Assembly (NCBI GenBank): GCA_037443035.1
Contig: JBBIPC010000003.1
Coordinates: 79,952-143,951, forward strand
Reading direction: 5' to 3'
Source: Chthonomonadales bacterium
GTDB taxonomy: Bacteria; Armatimonadota; Chthonomonadetes; Chthonomonadales; CAJBBX01
Length of the DNA: 64,000 nucleotides
In this document: positions 17,492 to 28,059 of the stretch, piece after piece
Layout of the letters: each line of letters opens with the position of its first letter
How positions within the stretch are numbered: position 1 is the first letter of the stretch
Made by a program: the position numbers and the translations under genes
The notes under the pieces: model-generated
Database searches by the model: none
Seen by the model: only the letters and a program-made list of their open reading frames with translations
What the model was told of the DNA's origin: nothing

Positions 17492-17794
17492 TCACTCCTC
17501 GTCGGGGTCTAGCCGCACGATGATGTGGCGGAGGATGCTGTCATGGATCCGCAGCACGCGGTCTAGCTCGGCAGGTACGGTCTGGCCGGCCTCGAACTGC
17601 ATGAGAACGTAAGTTCCCTCCCGGCGCCCCTCGATGGGATATGCCAGAGGGCGGCGACCTTGCTCCCACAGCCCAGCTTCCGAAACGACACCGCCCATGT
17701 CCGTTACTACCTGCTTGAAACGCTCGATGATGGGTTCGAGCTCTTCGTCTGGTACATCGGGGTCAACGATGTACATCGCCTCATAGTGGCGCAC
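17492..17794 (-). CDS. rpsF: 30S ribosomal protein S6
   Basis: 100 aa (MRHYEAMYIVDP...) in the conserved rpsF-ssb-rpsR order. Confidence 0.95.
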   Translation of the reverse strand: MRHYEAMYIVDPDVPDEELEPIIERFKQVVTDMGGVVSEAGLWEQGRRPLAYPIEGRREGTYVLMQFEAGQTVPAELDRVLRIHDSILRHIIVRLDPDEE

Positions 17795-18043
17795 GATACC
17801 GTACTCCTCCCTTCGGTCAGTGGCTCCGGTCTACCCGGAGCAGGAAGTGTCATCAGCCGCATGATGCAGCCGCGCACGCCCCCCGGTGATGCCACGAACC
17901 CAGGTCATCGCCCAGCGGGACAGCAGAGTATACCCACATTCTGCCAGACAACAAGGACCCAATGCTCCTGTGGCGAATACTCCACTGTACCGCGGCCGCG
18001 GTCGGCATTCGACAGTCCAGAGTCCGTCTGGAGGGCAAGAACC

Positions 18044-19375
18044 ATGAGCCAGACCCGAGGGAGATCGTTGCGAACGCAACCCGTCAGTCGGCGCGAGTTG
18101 ATGGCAAGCGCACTAAGGACGACGGCGTCCCTTGCGTTGCCTGCCATCGTGCCGGCTTCGGCGCTGGGCAAGGGAGGCCGCAAACCGCCCAGTGAGCGCA
18201 TCGTCATGGCGTCCATCGGCGTGGGGGGCCAAGGAACCCAGCACGTGGTCGGCGGCATCTGGACGCCCACGGGAGGGCTCGTGGGCCGCGAGGATGTGCA
18301 GTATGTGGCAGCATGTGACGTGAACGCTCGGAACCTGGAGAACGCGCGGCGGCTCGTCAACGAGCGATACGGTAACCAGGACTGCAAGGTGTATCGCGAT
18401 TTCCGCGAACTGCTGGCTCGACCCGACATTGACGCCGTGCTGATCGCCACGGGTGAGCGATGGCACCCGCTCCTGACGGTTGCCGCCGCCAGGGCCGGAA
18501 AGGACGTGTACTGCGAGAAACCACTCTCCGTCACCATTCAGGAGGCCCTGGCGGTACGCGAAGCGGTCAAGCGCTACGGGATCGTCTTCCAGGTCGGCAC
18601 ACAGCAGCGTTCCAGCCGCGCTTTCCGTTTCGCATGCGAGCTTGCCAGAAACGGTTACCTCGGCGAGCTCAAGGAGGTGGTCGTAGCGGTCGGTGGACCG
18701 GTTGGGCTGTCGGATTGCCATCTACCGGCCGAGCCTGTCCCGGAATGGCTGGATTACGACATGTGGCTAGGTCCCTGCCCCTGGCGTCCGTTCAACAACG
18801 CCTATGTCTTCGGCTGGATGGGCTTTCGCGACTTCTCCGGTGGCGAGATGACGAACTGGGGCGCGCACCATTTCGACATCGCCCAATGGGGCATCGGTGC
18901 TGACAGCAGCGGTCCCGTGGAGATCATCCCACCCGATGGCAAGGATGTACGCGTAATAACCTACCGCTATCCCAATGGCGTGGTCATGACTCGCGACCCC
19001 GAACGGATGGCTAGGGAGTCGGGTCAGGGTAACGGAGTCATGTTCATTGGCACGCGTGGCAAGGTGGCCGTGTGGCGGTACGACTTGAGAACCTGGCCGG
19101 AAGGGTTGGCAAAGGTGGTCATTCGTCCCGACGAGGTACGCCTGCATGTGGCGGACAATCACCATACGGACTTCCTCGACGCCGTTCGCTCGCGCGGCAC
19201 TCCTGGTGCAGGGGTGGATGTTGCAGTGCGCTCCATCACCGTGTGTCATCTGGGCAATATCGCCTACGAGCTAGGCCGTCCCATCCACTGGGATCCCGTC
19301 CATGAGCGGTTCGTCAACGATCCAGACGCTAGCCGGCTCTTGGCCCGCCGCATGCGGCCCCCGTGGCGTTTGTAG
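18044..19375 (+). CDS. Gfo/Idh/MocA family oxidoreductase with Tat-type signal
   Basis: The ORF track starts at 17660, overlapping rpsF antisense. The ATG at 18044 is preceded by GGAGGG. It has a twin-arginine motif (SRRELMASALRTTASLALP) and Rossmann IGVGGQG. Confidence 0.85.
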   Translation: MSQTRGRSLRTQPVSRRELMASALRTTASLALPAIVPASALGKGGRKPPSERIVMASIGVGGQGTQHVVGGIWTPTGGLVGREDVQYVAACDVNARNLENARRLVNERYGNQDCKVYRDFRELLARPDIDAVLIATGERWHPLLTVAAARAGKDVYCEKPLSVTIQEALAVREAVKRYGIVFQVGTQQRSSRAFRFACELARNGYLGELKEVVVAVGGPVGLSDCHLPAEPVPEWLDYDMWLGPCPWRPFNNAYVFGWMGFRDFSGGEMTNWGAHHFDIAQWGIGADSSGPVEIIPPDGKDVRVITYRYPNGVVMTRDPERMARESGQGNGVMFIGTRGKVAVWRYDLRTWPEGLAKVVIRPDEVRLHVADNHHTDFLDAVRSRGTPGAGVDVAVRSITVCHLGNIAYELGRPIHWDPVHERFVNDPDASRLLARRMRPPWRL

Positions 19376-19386
19376 AGGAGGTGGAG

Positions 19387-21972
19387 ATGAGCCGGAAGCG
19401 TCGTCACACCTGCCTTTTCGCAGGTACCGTCCTCGTCGTTGGCACAGCTCTCCTGCTAGCCGGGTCGGCAGTCGCACAGACGGTTTCGCCGGATCTCGAG
19501 AGGCTCATGAGCGGTCTTCGCGGCTTCCACTATGGCCCGGACCGGTCGGCTCTGGACGCCGTGGCGCAGACTGTCCGAGAGGCAGTGCGCTCGCCGCAGC
19601 AGCGGCCACAAGTTGCACGGGCGCTCATGGATGTCGCCCTGTCTCCGGCTGCGGAAGAGGCCAGGCAGTTCGCGTGCAGGCAGCTTGTCTACATCGCGGG
19701 TCTGGAGCAGGTGCCGTCGCTTCTGAAACTCCTTCATGATGATGCGATGGCTCACTATGCCCTCATGGTGCTGGCCCGGATACCTGGTCGGGCTGTGGAC
19801 CACGCCATGCGCCAAGCGCTGGGCCATCTCGAGGGCAAGACACTCCTGGGCGCGGTGGACCTCCTGGGTGAGCGCCAAGACCCCGCTTCGGCTAGAGCTG
19901 TGGCCGTTTACGCACGCTCTGCGGATAACGCCCTTGCGGCGTGCGCGATGACGGCCCTGGCGCGTATCGGAACTTCTGAGGCGGACGTCTTGCTGCTCGC
20001 TGAGTACAGACGATCGCCTCCGGCACGTAAAGCGCTCTTCGCGGACGCGCTTCTGCTACGAGCAGATGCGTTGCGTCAGGCAGGCCGACGCGCGGATGCG
20101 GCCCGTTTCTATACAGCAGTGGATGCTGCCTCCCTACCGGAGACATATCGCGCCGCTGCGTGGCGTGGCAAGTTGCTCCTGCAGGGCGACGCGGGTGCGG
20201 ACGCTCTGATTGCGGCCATGGCCGGTCCTGCGAGTCGGCGTCGCAGTGTGGCGGCATCCCTTGCTCGGACGCTGGGTACCGCCGTCACTACCCGCAAGCT
20301 CGCCGGTGCTCTTCCCCGATTGCAGCCCGACAGTGCTCGCCTGCTCCTCGACGCCCTAGCAGATCGCGGCGATCGCACGGCGGTGCCCGGCGTGCTTCGC
20401 ATGCTGAAGTCACGGGATGAGCGAGTGCGGGCCAGTGCCATCCGCGCACTCGGGACCCTCGGTGGTGCGCAAGCCGTGGAACAGCTCCTCGCTGTAGCTG
20501 CGGATGCATCTGCTTCGCAGCGATCGCTAGCTGATCAGGCTTTGGCGGGTCTGCGGGGCAAGGGAGTCGATGCAATGCTAGCGCGAGCGCTGAGCAATCG
20601 GAAGGCAAGCATTCAGGCGGCCGCGCTGCGAGCACTCACCGCCCGGCGAGGCGACATGCCCATGGACAGAGTCTTGGCTCTCGCACGCTCCGGCCAGGGG
20701 GCGCTCTTCGCTGCAGCAGTGGAAGCACTGAGAGAACTCGGGCGCCCAACTGACCTCGAGCAGGTGCTACAGATGGTCCTACGTCGTCAAGAAGCGGATC
20801 GTGACCGGCTCGGGGCTGCATGGCTGGCTATTGCTCGCCGGTGCCCACCAGAGAGAAGCTCTAGTCTTCTGGAGGAACAGCTTCGAAAGGCCGGGAGCCA
20901 ACAGGAGCGGGTGGTGCTGCTGGAACTGGCGGGACAACTAGGTGGGGAACGGGCTCTTGCCCTGTTGATCAGTGCTGCTCGCGACCCTGACCCCGAAATC
21001 CAGCTTACGGCGCTGCGAGCTTTGTCCGAATGGCCCGATGCTCGACCGATGGCAATCCTGCGCGAGACAGTGCGTGCGAAGCCATCTGGCCGTCTGCGGA
21101 GCATAGCCATGCGCGGCTACGTGCGCTCGCTGGGTCTTCCTGGCGGGCCAGACCCCATGCGTGCAGCCGACCTCTATCTGGAAGCTCTTGGCATGGCGGT
21201 GAATGCCGATGAGAAGCGCATGGTACTCGCCGGTATGGCCACAGTGGGCGACAGGCGCGTCTTGGAGACCGTCATGTCACTGACCGGAAGCAGCGATCTG
21301 CGGGCCGAGGCAGAACAGGCTGCATTTTCCATATGTCGGTTGACGGCCGGTGCGTGGCCAGACGAGACACGGAGCGCACTGCAGAAGCTTGCGGCAGACG
21401 CCTCCCTTACCGAAGTGCGTCAGGGATCCCGTACTCTCCTGAACACGATGGACCGCTTCGGCGACTATGTCATGGCTTGGGAGGTATCTCCCGCATATTC
21501 CCAGGAGGGGGCTGACTTCTCTCGGCTCTTTGACGTGCCCTTCGCGCCCGAGGACCCCACGTTGGAGGCTGGAGCGGGCTGGCGCGTCATGCCTGTCGGC
21601 ACGTCGGCGGAGCAGCCCTGGCTGCTGGACCTGCTTGCCTTGCATGGAGGCGAGCAGAGGGTGGCATACCTGCGTACCGCAGTCTGGAGCGATGCGGAGA
21701 AGGACTTGGTGGCCGAGATCGGCACTGACGATGGGGTCAAAGTGTGGTGGAACGGCGAGTATGTCTACGGCAACAATACGCAACGGGCGGTGGCTCCCAG
21801 CCAGGAGAAGGTGCGCGTGCACGCGCGCCAGGGCTGGAACCGCATGCTCCTGAAGGTGACCCAGAACATCATGGGTTGGGGAGCGTGCGTCCGCTTCGCA
21901 GCTACCGACGGATCGCCTGCCACCGGTCTGCGCTATTCCTTGCCATCGTCGCTGCCCAATGGAGAGCGGTAG
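19387..21972 (+). CDS. Secreted HEAT-repeat protein with C-terminal jelly-roll-like domain
   Basis: The ATG at 19387 is preceded by GAGGAGG. It has a signal-like N-terminus and long Ala/Leu/Arg-rich HEAT-like repeats. The C-terminal segment is GTDDGVKVWWNGEYVYGNN...GWNRMLLKVTQNIMGWGACVRF. Confidence 0.75.
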   Translation: MSRKRRHTCLFAGTVLVVGTALLLAGSAVAQTVSPDLERLMSGLRGFHYGPDRSALDAVAQTVREAVRSPQQRPQVARALMDVALSPAAEEARQFACRQLVYIAGLEQVPSLLKLLHDDAMAHYALMVLARIPGRAVDHAMRQALGHLEGKTLLGAVDLLGERQDPASARAVAVYARSADNALAACAMTALARIGTSEADVLLLAEYRRSPPARKALFADALLLRADALRQAGRRADAARFYTAVDAASLPETYRAAAWRGKLLLQGDAGADALIAAMAGPASRRRSVAASLARTLGTAVTTRKLAGALPRLQPDSARLLLDALADRGDRTAVPGVLRMLKSRDERVRASAIRALGTLGGAQAVEQLLAVAADASASQRSLADQALAGLRGKGVDAMLARALSNRKASIQAAALRALTARRGDMPMDRVLALARSGQGALFAAAVEALRELGRPTDLEQVLQMVLRRQEADRDRLGAAWLAIARRCPPERSSSLLEEQLRKAGSQQERVVLLELAGQLGGERALALLISAARDPDPEIQLTALRALSEWPDARPMAILRETVRAKPSGRLRSIAMRGYVRSLGLPGGPDPMRAADLYLEALGMAVNADEKRMVLAGMATVGDRRVLETVMSLTGSSDLRAEAEQAAFSICRLTAGAWPDETRSALQKLAADASLTEVRQGSRTLLNTMDRFGDYVMAWEVSPAYSQEGADFSRLFDVPFAPEDPTLEAGAGWRVMPVGTSAEQPWLLDLLALHGGEQRVAYLRTAVWSDAEKDLVAEIGTDDGVKVWWNGEYVYGNNTQRAVAPSQEKVRVHARQGWNRMLLKVTQNIMGWGACVRFAATDGSPATGLRYSLPSSLPNGER

Positions 21973-21982
21973 TTGCGAGCGA

Positions 21983-22381
21983 CTACTTCTTCCGTTTCTG
22001 GAAGTTCAGGCTGACGGAGTTGATGCAGTACCGCTTGCCGGTAGGTTCCGGGCCGTCGTCGAAAATGTGGCCGAGGTGGCCACCGCACCGGCCGCAAAGC
22101 ACTTCGATCCGATGCATGCCGTGACTGTGGTCGTCGCGGAACTCGATTCGGGCGGAGTCGATGGCACGCCAGAAGCTTGGCCAGCCGCAGCCAGCATCGA
22201 ACTTCGTTTCGGAGCTGAACAGCTCCTGGCCACATCCAGCGCAGCAGTAGATGCCGTCGTCGCGCTTGTTCCAGTAGGCGCCTGTGAATGGTGCTTCCGT
22301 GCCCTTCTGCCGCAAGACACGGTACTGTTCGGGGGTCAGCATCGCCCGCCATTCGGCATCAGTTCTCACGAGTTTCTCCAT
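21983..22381 (-). CDS. msrB: Peptide-methionine (R)-S-oxide reductase MsrB
   Basis: 133 aa from the ATG at 22381. It has [11 protein letters not shown] and [12 protein letters not shown] zinc motifs plus the catalytic RYCINS. The upstream extension in the ORF track has no support. Confidence 0.92.
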   Translation of the reverse strand: MEKLVRTDAEWRAMLTPEQYRVLRQKGTEAPFTGAYWNKRDDGIYCCAGCGQELFSSETKFDAGCGWPSFWRAIDSARIEFRDDHSHGMHRIEVLCGRCGGHLGHIFDDGPEPTGKRYCINSVSLNFQKRKK

Positions 22382-22674
22382 CTTAGTTCGTCCTCTGTCG
22401 AGACGTCTGGATGCGCCTGTCGCGCGCCCCGGCCCAGCTGCGTAGAACCAGACACCAAGGAAGAGCGGGCCAACCATCCATAAGCAGTTCGCGTTCCGCC
22501 TCACAGGGCTTTCTACGACGGCGCCGCGTCCGCTGTTCCGACACGAATCCAGGCTGCACACCGACACAGTTGGTAACAGGGACCTTGCTGAATTAGGTCG
22601 TATATTATGGTTTGACGGCGTGCCGCAGGGCTGCCGAGCTTCACAGAACCGAATGCAGGGTGAGGAGACCGCTG

Positions 22675-25002
22675 ATGGCGCCAAACGCCCTCACGGCGTT
22701 ACTATGGTTAGTCGCAGCTGCTGCTATGGCCTTGGCTGTATCCCTGTGGATGCAGAAGGAGATGCCCGCGCGACGTCTGCTCGCGGCCCTGAGCGTCGCC
22801 ATGGCCGTTTGGTGTTTCGGCTATGGCGCCGAGCTTGGATCCGACACGCTGGCGCAGATGGAGTTCTGGACCGCCGTCCAGTACCCGGGTATCGTCGCGA
22901 TCCCACCTCTATGGCTTCTCGCAACGCTGCGCTACACGCGCACCCGACGCCTTGCCAACCCTTGGAAAGTGGTCCCCGTCTTCGTCGTATCCGTCTTGGT
23001 ATTGGTTGCGGAGTGGACGAATCGCTGGCATCATCTGTACTACGCGGCCACGTCCGCAGTACGGGAAGGCGACTATTACCTTCAACTCCTGGTCCCAGGC
23101 CCTCTCTACTTTGTCTGGCTGGTATACGCTTGGGGTGTCGTCATGCTTGGCATCGCCGTCCTGGTTCGGCACCTCATCGTGGCGCGGCGGGCCTTCGCAA
23201 CGAATCTGGTTCTCCTGATCGTCTCGGGCTTGGTGCCTCTCCTTGTGGCGATTGCGCGAGCCATGGGTGGCTCGATCTTCGGCGTTCTCGACCCCACACC
23301 GTTCGCCTTTGCACCCACCGTTGCGCTCCTCGCGGTGTTGTTGTCGCGGCGCCGCATGTTGTTCCTCCGTCCTATCGCCCGCGACATGGTCCTCGACAGC
23401 CTCGAGCATGGCCTCATGGTGGTAACCGCCGAGGGAATCATCACCGACAATAATCACGCGATGGGACGGATTGTGGGTAGGTCGGAAGACTTGGCCGGCA
23501 CGAGTGTAGTAGATCTTTTCGCAAGCGCACCTCAACTCGTGAAGGCATTCGAAACGGAGCAGCCGACCAGCCTGGAGGTGACTCTCGATCTACAGGGCGA
23601 GCCGCATATCTACCACGTTTCGATCATGGCCCACCGGAACGAGAGCTACGAACTCATCGGCAGAACGGCCATGTTCCGCGATGTCACCGAGCAACGAAAG
23701 GCCGAGGAGGCGATCCGCCAGCGGGACCGCCTCCTTACCGCCGAGGCGTTTGCGGCCCAACGACTGCTCACGGGCAGGGATATTCATATGGCCGTCAACG
23801 AGGCCATCACTGCCATTGGCCAGGCGACGGACGTGGACCGCGTCTACGTGTTCCGAAATCACACAGCGGACGACGGGGCGGTCGAACTCAGCCAACTCTA
23901 CGAGTGGGTCCGGGGAGGTGTGAGCCAGCAGATAGACAACCCGGAGCTCCAGAACCTTCCGTACTCTCGTGGCTACAGCCGGTGGTACGACCTGCTAAGC
24001 CGCGGTGAGCCAGTCATGGGGCCCGTGGAGGAGTTCCCGCCCGAAGAGCAGCCACTTCTCTTGGAGCAGGACATCGTCACCCTCCTCGTCGTTCCCATCC
24101 AAGTGTTCGGTACCTTCTGGGGTTTCATGGGCTTCGACGAGTGCCACCGACACAGGGATTGGACCGCACCGGAGATTGCCGTGCTCCGATCCACAGCCAG
24201 CGCCATTGGCTCTGCCATCGTACGCCACGAAACGGCCGAGGAGCTTCGTACGCTCAATGCGAACCTCAACCGGCTTGTGGAGGAGAAGACACGCGCTCTT
24301 TCCAATGCCTACCAGGAACTGGTGGAGTTCACAGACTCGGTGGCCCATGAGCTTCAGGGCGACTTGCAGGTTGCGCGGGAGTTCTCACGCGAACTGGGAG
24401 AGTTTCGCTGCGCAGCACTGGATGAGGAGAGCCGATCCTGTGTCGAGCACATTCGCAAAGCCGTGAGCAGTCTCGAGGAGAAACTGAAGGCAATGCGCCG
24501 CCTCCACCTGGCCACGAGCAGCGAGCTCTTGTGTGTTCCGACGGACTTGAGCAGCATCGCGCGGCGTGTGGCAATGGACAAGCAAGCTGGTCACCAGAGG
24601 CGTGTCGTCCGCTGGTCCGTCCAACCGGGACTCAAAGCCACTGCAGACCCCCGCAAGATAGAGACGCTGTTCTCTGAGCTACTGGATAACGCCTGGAAGT
24701 TCACGCAACCGCGCGACCCCGCCGTCATAGAGGTCGGCCGCGAGCTGACTTCCGACGGCGAGGCGTTCTATGTGCGCGATAATGGTGTGGGATACGATCC
24801 GCTCCTGAGCGACCGATTGTTCCGCGTCTTCTCCCGGCTGCACCCGCCCGAGGCGTTCCCCGGAAGAGGGGTCGGCCTCGCCATTGTGGCGCGGATCGTC
24901 GAGCGGCATGGGGGACGCGTCTGGGCCGTTGGCCAACCCGACCAGGGCTGCACCATCTACTTCACACTGCCTTCCGCGCCAACAGCATCCCGCGCTGCCT
25001 GA
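22675..25002 (+). CDS. Sensor histidine kinase with N-terminal 7TM sensor, PAS, GAF, HisKA and HATPase domains; no adjacent response regulator
   Basis: The ATG at 22675 is preceded by GAGGAG. There are seven hydrophobic helices. The phosphoacceptor region is [13 protein letters not shown]. The ATPase part contains [11 protein letters not shown] and GRGVGLAIV. Confidence 0.85.
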   Translation: MAPNALTALLWLVAAAAMALAVSLWMQKEMPARRLLAALSVAMAVWCFGYGAELGSDTLAQMEFWTAVQYPGIVAIPPLWLLATLRYTRTRRLANPWKVVPVFVVSVLVLVAEWTNRWHHLYYAATSAVREGDYYLQLLVPGPLYFVWLVYAWGVVMLGIAVLVRHLIVARRAFATNLVLLIVSGLVPLLVAIARAMGGSIFGVLDPTPFAFAPTVALLAVLLSRRRMLFLRPIARDMVLDSLEHGLMVVTAEGIITDNNHAMGRIVGRSEDLAGTSVVDLFASAPQLVKAFETEQPTSLEVTLDLQGEPHIYHVSIMAHRNESYELIGRTAMFRDVTEQRKAEEAIRQRDRLLTAEAFAAQRLLTGRDIHMAVNEAITAIGQATDVDRVYVFRNHTADDGAVELSQLYEWVRGGVSQQIDNPELQNLPYSRGYSRWYDLLSRGEPVMGPVEEFPPEEQPLLLEQDIVTLLVVPIQVFGTFWGFMGFDECHRHRDWTAPEIAVLRSTASAIGSAIVRHETAEELRTLNANLNRLVEEKTRALSNAYQELVEFTDSVAHELQGDLQVAREFSRELGEFRCAALDEESRSCVEHIRKAVSSLEEKLKAMRRLHLATSSELLCVPTDLSSIARRVAMDKQAGHQRRVVRWSVQPGLKATADPRKIETLFSELLDNAWKFTQPRDPAVIEVGRELTSDGEAFYVRDNGVGYDPLLSDRLFRVFSRLHPPEAFPGRGVGLAIVARIVERHGGRVWAVGQPDQGCTIYFTLPSAPTASRAA

Positions 25003-25258
25003 CGACTGGCGCCTGCCCTGGTCAGGCCGCTCAGAGCACCCGCCAACCCGCAACGTTTGCCACATGCCCTGGAACCGGGGCGACATCTGGCTCGCTTCGG
25101 TTCGACGGGACGCAGGTGGAGCGGACGTCCAACAACCCCTTCCTCCCGTGAAGAGCAGCTTCGTGCTGATTCGCTGCTTCGAGGGCAGGAGTTCGGCCGC
25201 ACACCACTGAAAGACCTAGCACAGTCTGGCACTGGCCTGAAGATGATGGAGGACTCTC

Positions 25259-26287
25259 ATGCGCCTGAACCGTTACGCCGGCAATCCGGTGCTCGCTCCC
25301 GTTCCAGGTAGCGACTGGGAAGGGCTTGTGACATGCAACCCGGGAGCCTGGTACGAGCCTGAGGAAGGCCGCGTGTATCTGCTCTACCGGGCCGCAGGAG
25401 ACGACCCTGCACATAGGATCCATCTTGGCCTCGCAGTCAGCACGGACGGCGTACGCTTCGAACGTGTTTCCGATCGGCCGGTCCTGTCGCCTAGCGGGGA
25501 CAACTGGGACGCGGGATGCATCGAAGATCCACGCATCGTGAAGATGGACGATTGGTACATCGTGACGTACGCTTCGAGACCATTTCCTCCCGGCCAGTAT
25601 TGGAAACCCGAAAACGCGGGTCCCTGGAAGCCGGCTCATCCCTCGGAACACTTCCCCTGGATTCTCCGCGAAAACGCGACCTCGACAGGGCTCGCGTTCA
25701 CACGGGATTTCCGCACATGGATCCGCGCTGGGCGCATGACGAATCCGACCGTGGACGACCGTGATGTCATCCTGTTCCCGCAGAAGATCAAGGGCCGGTA
25801 CGCCATGCTGCACCGGCCCATGGGTTGGGTGGGTCCACAGTACGGCACCGAGTACCCTGCCATCTGGATCGCGTTCTCGGACGATCTCCTGCACTGGACC
25901 GACTCGAGACTGCTGGCACGCGCAGAGTTGGCTTGGGAGAACAACAAGATCGGAGGCAATACACCCCCTGTCTGGACCCCAGAAGGTTGGCTAGTCATCT
26001 ACCATGCTGTCGGCTCCGACATGCACTACCGCCTGGGCGCCATGATCCTGGACGCCGATGATCCGACGCTCATCAAGGGGCGCGGCTGCCGATGGATTCT
26101 GCAGCCGGAGGAGTGGTACGAGATCGAAGGGTACTTCCGTGGCTGCGTGTTTCCATGTGGGAACGTGGTTATCGGCGACACGCTCTACCTCTACTACGGC
26201 GGGGCCGACAAGTACGTGGGAGTGGCAACATGCAACCTGGACGAGCTAGTCCAGTATGTCCTCCAGTGCGGGGACAGACCTGACTAG
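25259..26287 (+). CDS. GH130 family glycoside phosphorylase/hydrolase (beta-mannoside type)
   Basis: 342 aa. NPVLAP...CNPGAWY...LLYRA...GLAVSTDGVRFER...EDPRIVKMDDWYIVTY...YYGGADKYVGVA are typical of GH130. Confidence 0.85.
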   Translation: MRLNRYAGNPVLAPVPGSDWEGLVTCNPGAWYEPEEGRVYLLYRAAGDDPAHRIHLGLAVSTDGVRFERVSDRPVLSPSGDNWDAGCIEDPRIVKMDDWYIVTYASRPFPPGQYWKPENAGPWKPAHPSEHFPWILRENATSTGLAFTRDFRTWIRAGRMTNPTVDDRDVILFPQKIKGRYAMLHRPMGWVGPQYGTEYPAIWIAFSDDLLHWTDSRLLARAELAWENNKIGGNTPPVWTPEGWLVIYHAVGSDMHYRLGAMILDADDPTLIKGRGCRWILQPEEWYEIEGYFRGCVFPCGNVVIGDTLYLYYGGADKYVGVATCNLDELVQYVLQCGDRPD

Positions 26288-26306
26288 GCGCGACACCCCT
26301 TGGTGG

Positions 26307-26969
26307 TCATTCCCGCTGGGCAACCGACTGCGATTGGTAGACGAAAAACGGATGCCCGGCGTGGTCGAAGCGACGGACGAGGCAGAAGATGCCGCTGCGC
26401 AGGATGTCGTCGTGACAGACCGGATTCTTATAGATGATGGTCAGCTCTCGCGGGGCTCGTCGGAGTGAAGCCTTCAAGTGCTCCATGACCGCCTGCATGA
26501 CAGGCGAGGGAAACGGGTTGTACATGTACACGTGCGTGAACGGGTCGTAGTCGTCAAAGAGCGTCGCATCACCATGGAGGAGCTCCACCCGATCCACAGC
26601 CGCTTTCCGCAGATTCTCGGCGGCCACGACAAGGAGCTGCTCCGACAAGTCAAGGCCAACGATCTTACCGAAAGGAAACTCCGCCATTGTGAGCAGAGCT
26701 CCTCCCTTCCCACAGCCAAGATCCAAGATGCAATGTCGGCCGTGTATGTTCAGTGCCTTCAGGACACGAGCGAGGTCGGGACCTCCGGAGCACGCATGAT
26801 TGTGGGCTCGATCCGGTCGGAGGCCAAGTTGCCGCAGAGGCACAGACGTCACGTCAATGCCAGCGCGCTTCCAGCGGCGACGGTGCGATGCGCCACCGAT
26901 GACTTCCCGCAACCAGTAGCGAACCGCTGCCCTACACCCGTTCCACGCCGACCATGCACGGGAAGACAT
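26307..26969 (-). CDS. Class I SAM-dependent methyltransferase
   Basis: It has motif I (ILDLGCGKGG), and VGLDLS and LHGDA follow. Confidence 0.8.
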   Translation of the reverse strand: MSSRAWSAWNGCRAAVRYWLREVIGGASHRRRWKRAGIDVTSVPLRQLGLRPDRAHNHACSGGPDLARVLKALNIHGRHCILDLGCGKGGALLTMAEFPFGKIVGLDLSEQLLVVAAENLRKAAVDRVELLHGDATLFDDYDPFTHVYMYNPFPSPVMQAVMEHLKASLRRAPRELTIIYKNPVCHDDILRSGIFCLVRRFDHAGHPFFVYQSQSVAQRE

Positions 26970-26976
26970 GCGTGGT

Positions 26977-27852
26977 CTACTTCAGGTACTTCTCGAACCA
27001 ATCGGCCAGCACAGCAGCCTCGCTTTCGATTCCAGGCCAGCCGTGAGCCTTGCCCGACCTCACCTCGAGTTTGCACGGCACTTTCAACTCTTCCAGCTTC
27101 GCTATCAGGCGCTGGGACTGCTGGATCGGTACGAGCTGATCTGCATCGCCGTGGATGATGAGGGTAGGCGGCATGTGCTCGAGGTCGCCGTACATGGGTG
27201 AGAGCGAGCGTGCCAGTTTCTCCAGTTCGTCGGGAGGGGTCTTGTCCGTGATGCCGAACGCCGGCCAGAACACGCGAAGCATGGGAATGCTCAGAGCGGA
27301 CTGTCCGTCCTTACCGTAGTTCAAGAAATCCGTGGGTGGGAAGAGGCAGGCTATGGCCTGAACGCGGCTGGAGGCACGATCCACCGGATCTTTCGCGTCC
27401 TGTGGCCCGGGACCGCCGTACGCCCCCATCATCAAAGAGAGATGACCGCCTGCGCTGCCGCCGCAGATGCCGAGTTTGTCGGGGTTCACCCCCCACGTGG
27501 CAGCATTGGTTCGGATGAAACGCACGGCACGATGGATGTCCTCGATAATCTCCGGTAGCGTGAATTTGGGCTGGGAACCATGTACCACTTGAAACACGGT
27601 CATGCCGCGGGAAGTGAACGGTTCGGCTAGGGCGGGGTTGATGGCATCATGGTTGGAAACCCAGCCGCCGCTCACCATCCAGATCACACCGATACCGTTG
27701 GGCTTCTCCGGCTGGAACACGTCCATCGTGCAAGCCACGCCAAACTTGTGCCGATAGACGACATCGCGTATCCGCTTCTGCTCCGCTTGCACGCCTGCGG
27801 AGAGCACGAGGAGCGCGCCGAAGAGTATCCCTAGAAAGCGTCGTCTCGTCAT
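26977..27852 (-). CDS. Secreted alpha/beta hydrolase (esterase/lipase type)
   Basis: Signal-like MTRRRFLGILFGALLVLSAGVQA, nucleophile elbow GGSAGGH, and the HGDAD acid/His region. Confidence 0.8.
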   Translation of the reverse strand: MTRRRFLGILFGALLVLSAGVQAEQKRIRDVVYRHKFGVACTMDVFQPEKPNGIGVIWMVSGGWVSNHDAINPALAEPFTSRGMTVFQVVHGSQPKFTLPEIIEDIHRAVRFIRTNAATWGVNPDKLGICGGSAGGHLSLMMGAYGGPGPQDAKDPVDRASSRVQAIACLFPPTDFLNYGKDGQSALSIPMLRVFWPAFGITDKTPPDELEKLARSLSPMYGDLEHMPPTLIIHGDADQLVPIQQSQRLIAKLEELKVPCKLEVRSGKAHGWPGIESEAAVLADWFEKYLK

Positions 27853-28059
27853 GATGAACCTCCCTGAAGCCTATGGATCGTCGTTACCTTCGACGCAAGC
27901 CAGGATGTCTCCTACCAACAAGAAATGCCGCCTAGTATCGTCTGTGGTTGTAGGAGTTGCGTGGGAACGTCACGAAGGTCTTGTGCATTACGTATCGAGT
28001 CGCCGCGCATTACCGGATGTTGCGCAACGGTTGTCATCTGAGCTCGAGGAGCATAGGGC

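Noticed and set aside
17989-18002. 14-nt perfect palindrome ACCGCGGCCGCGGT in the rpsF/oxidoreductase divergent region
   Set aside because: GC-only palindromes of this size are expected fairly often in high-GC DNA. I noticed no second copy, and its position gives no clue to function.
17660-18043. 5' extensions offered by the ORF track for several genes (17660 for the oxidoreductase; also 51368 for pyrC, 55239 for lepB, 58092 for carB-N, 22684 for msrB, 6227, 10143, 14341, 38618, 37992)
   Set aside because: The extensions overlap neighbouring well-supported genes, or their own upstream gene in another frame. They lack homology-like sequence. In each case an internal start with an RBS and/or an ATGA overlap gives the canonical N-terminus.
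25031-25894. 287-aa minus-strand ORF
   Set aside because: It is antisense to the GH130 gene (25259..26287), which has diagnostic motifs.
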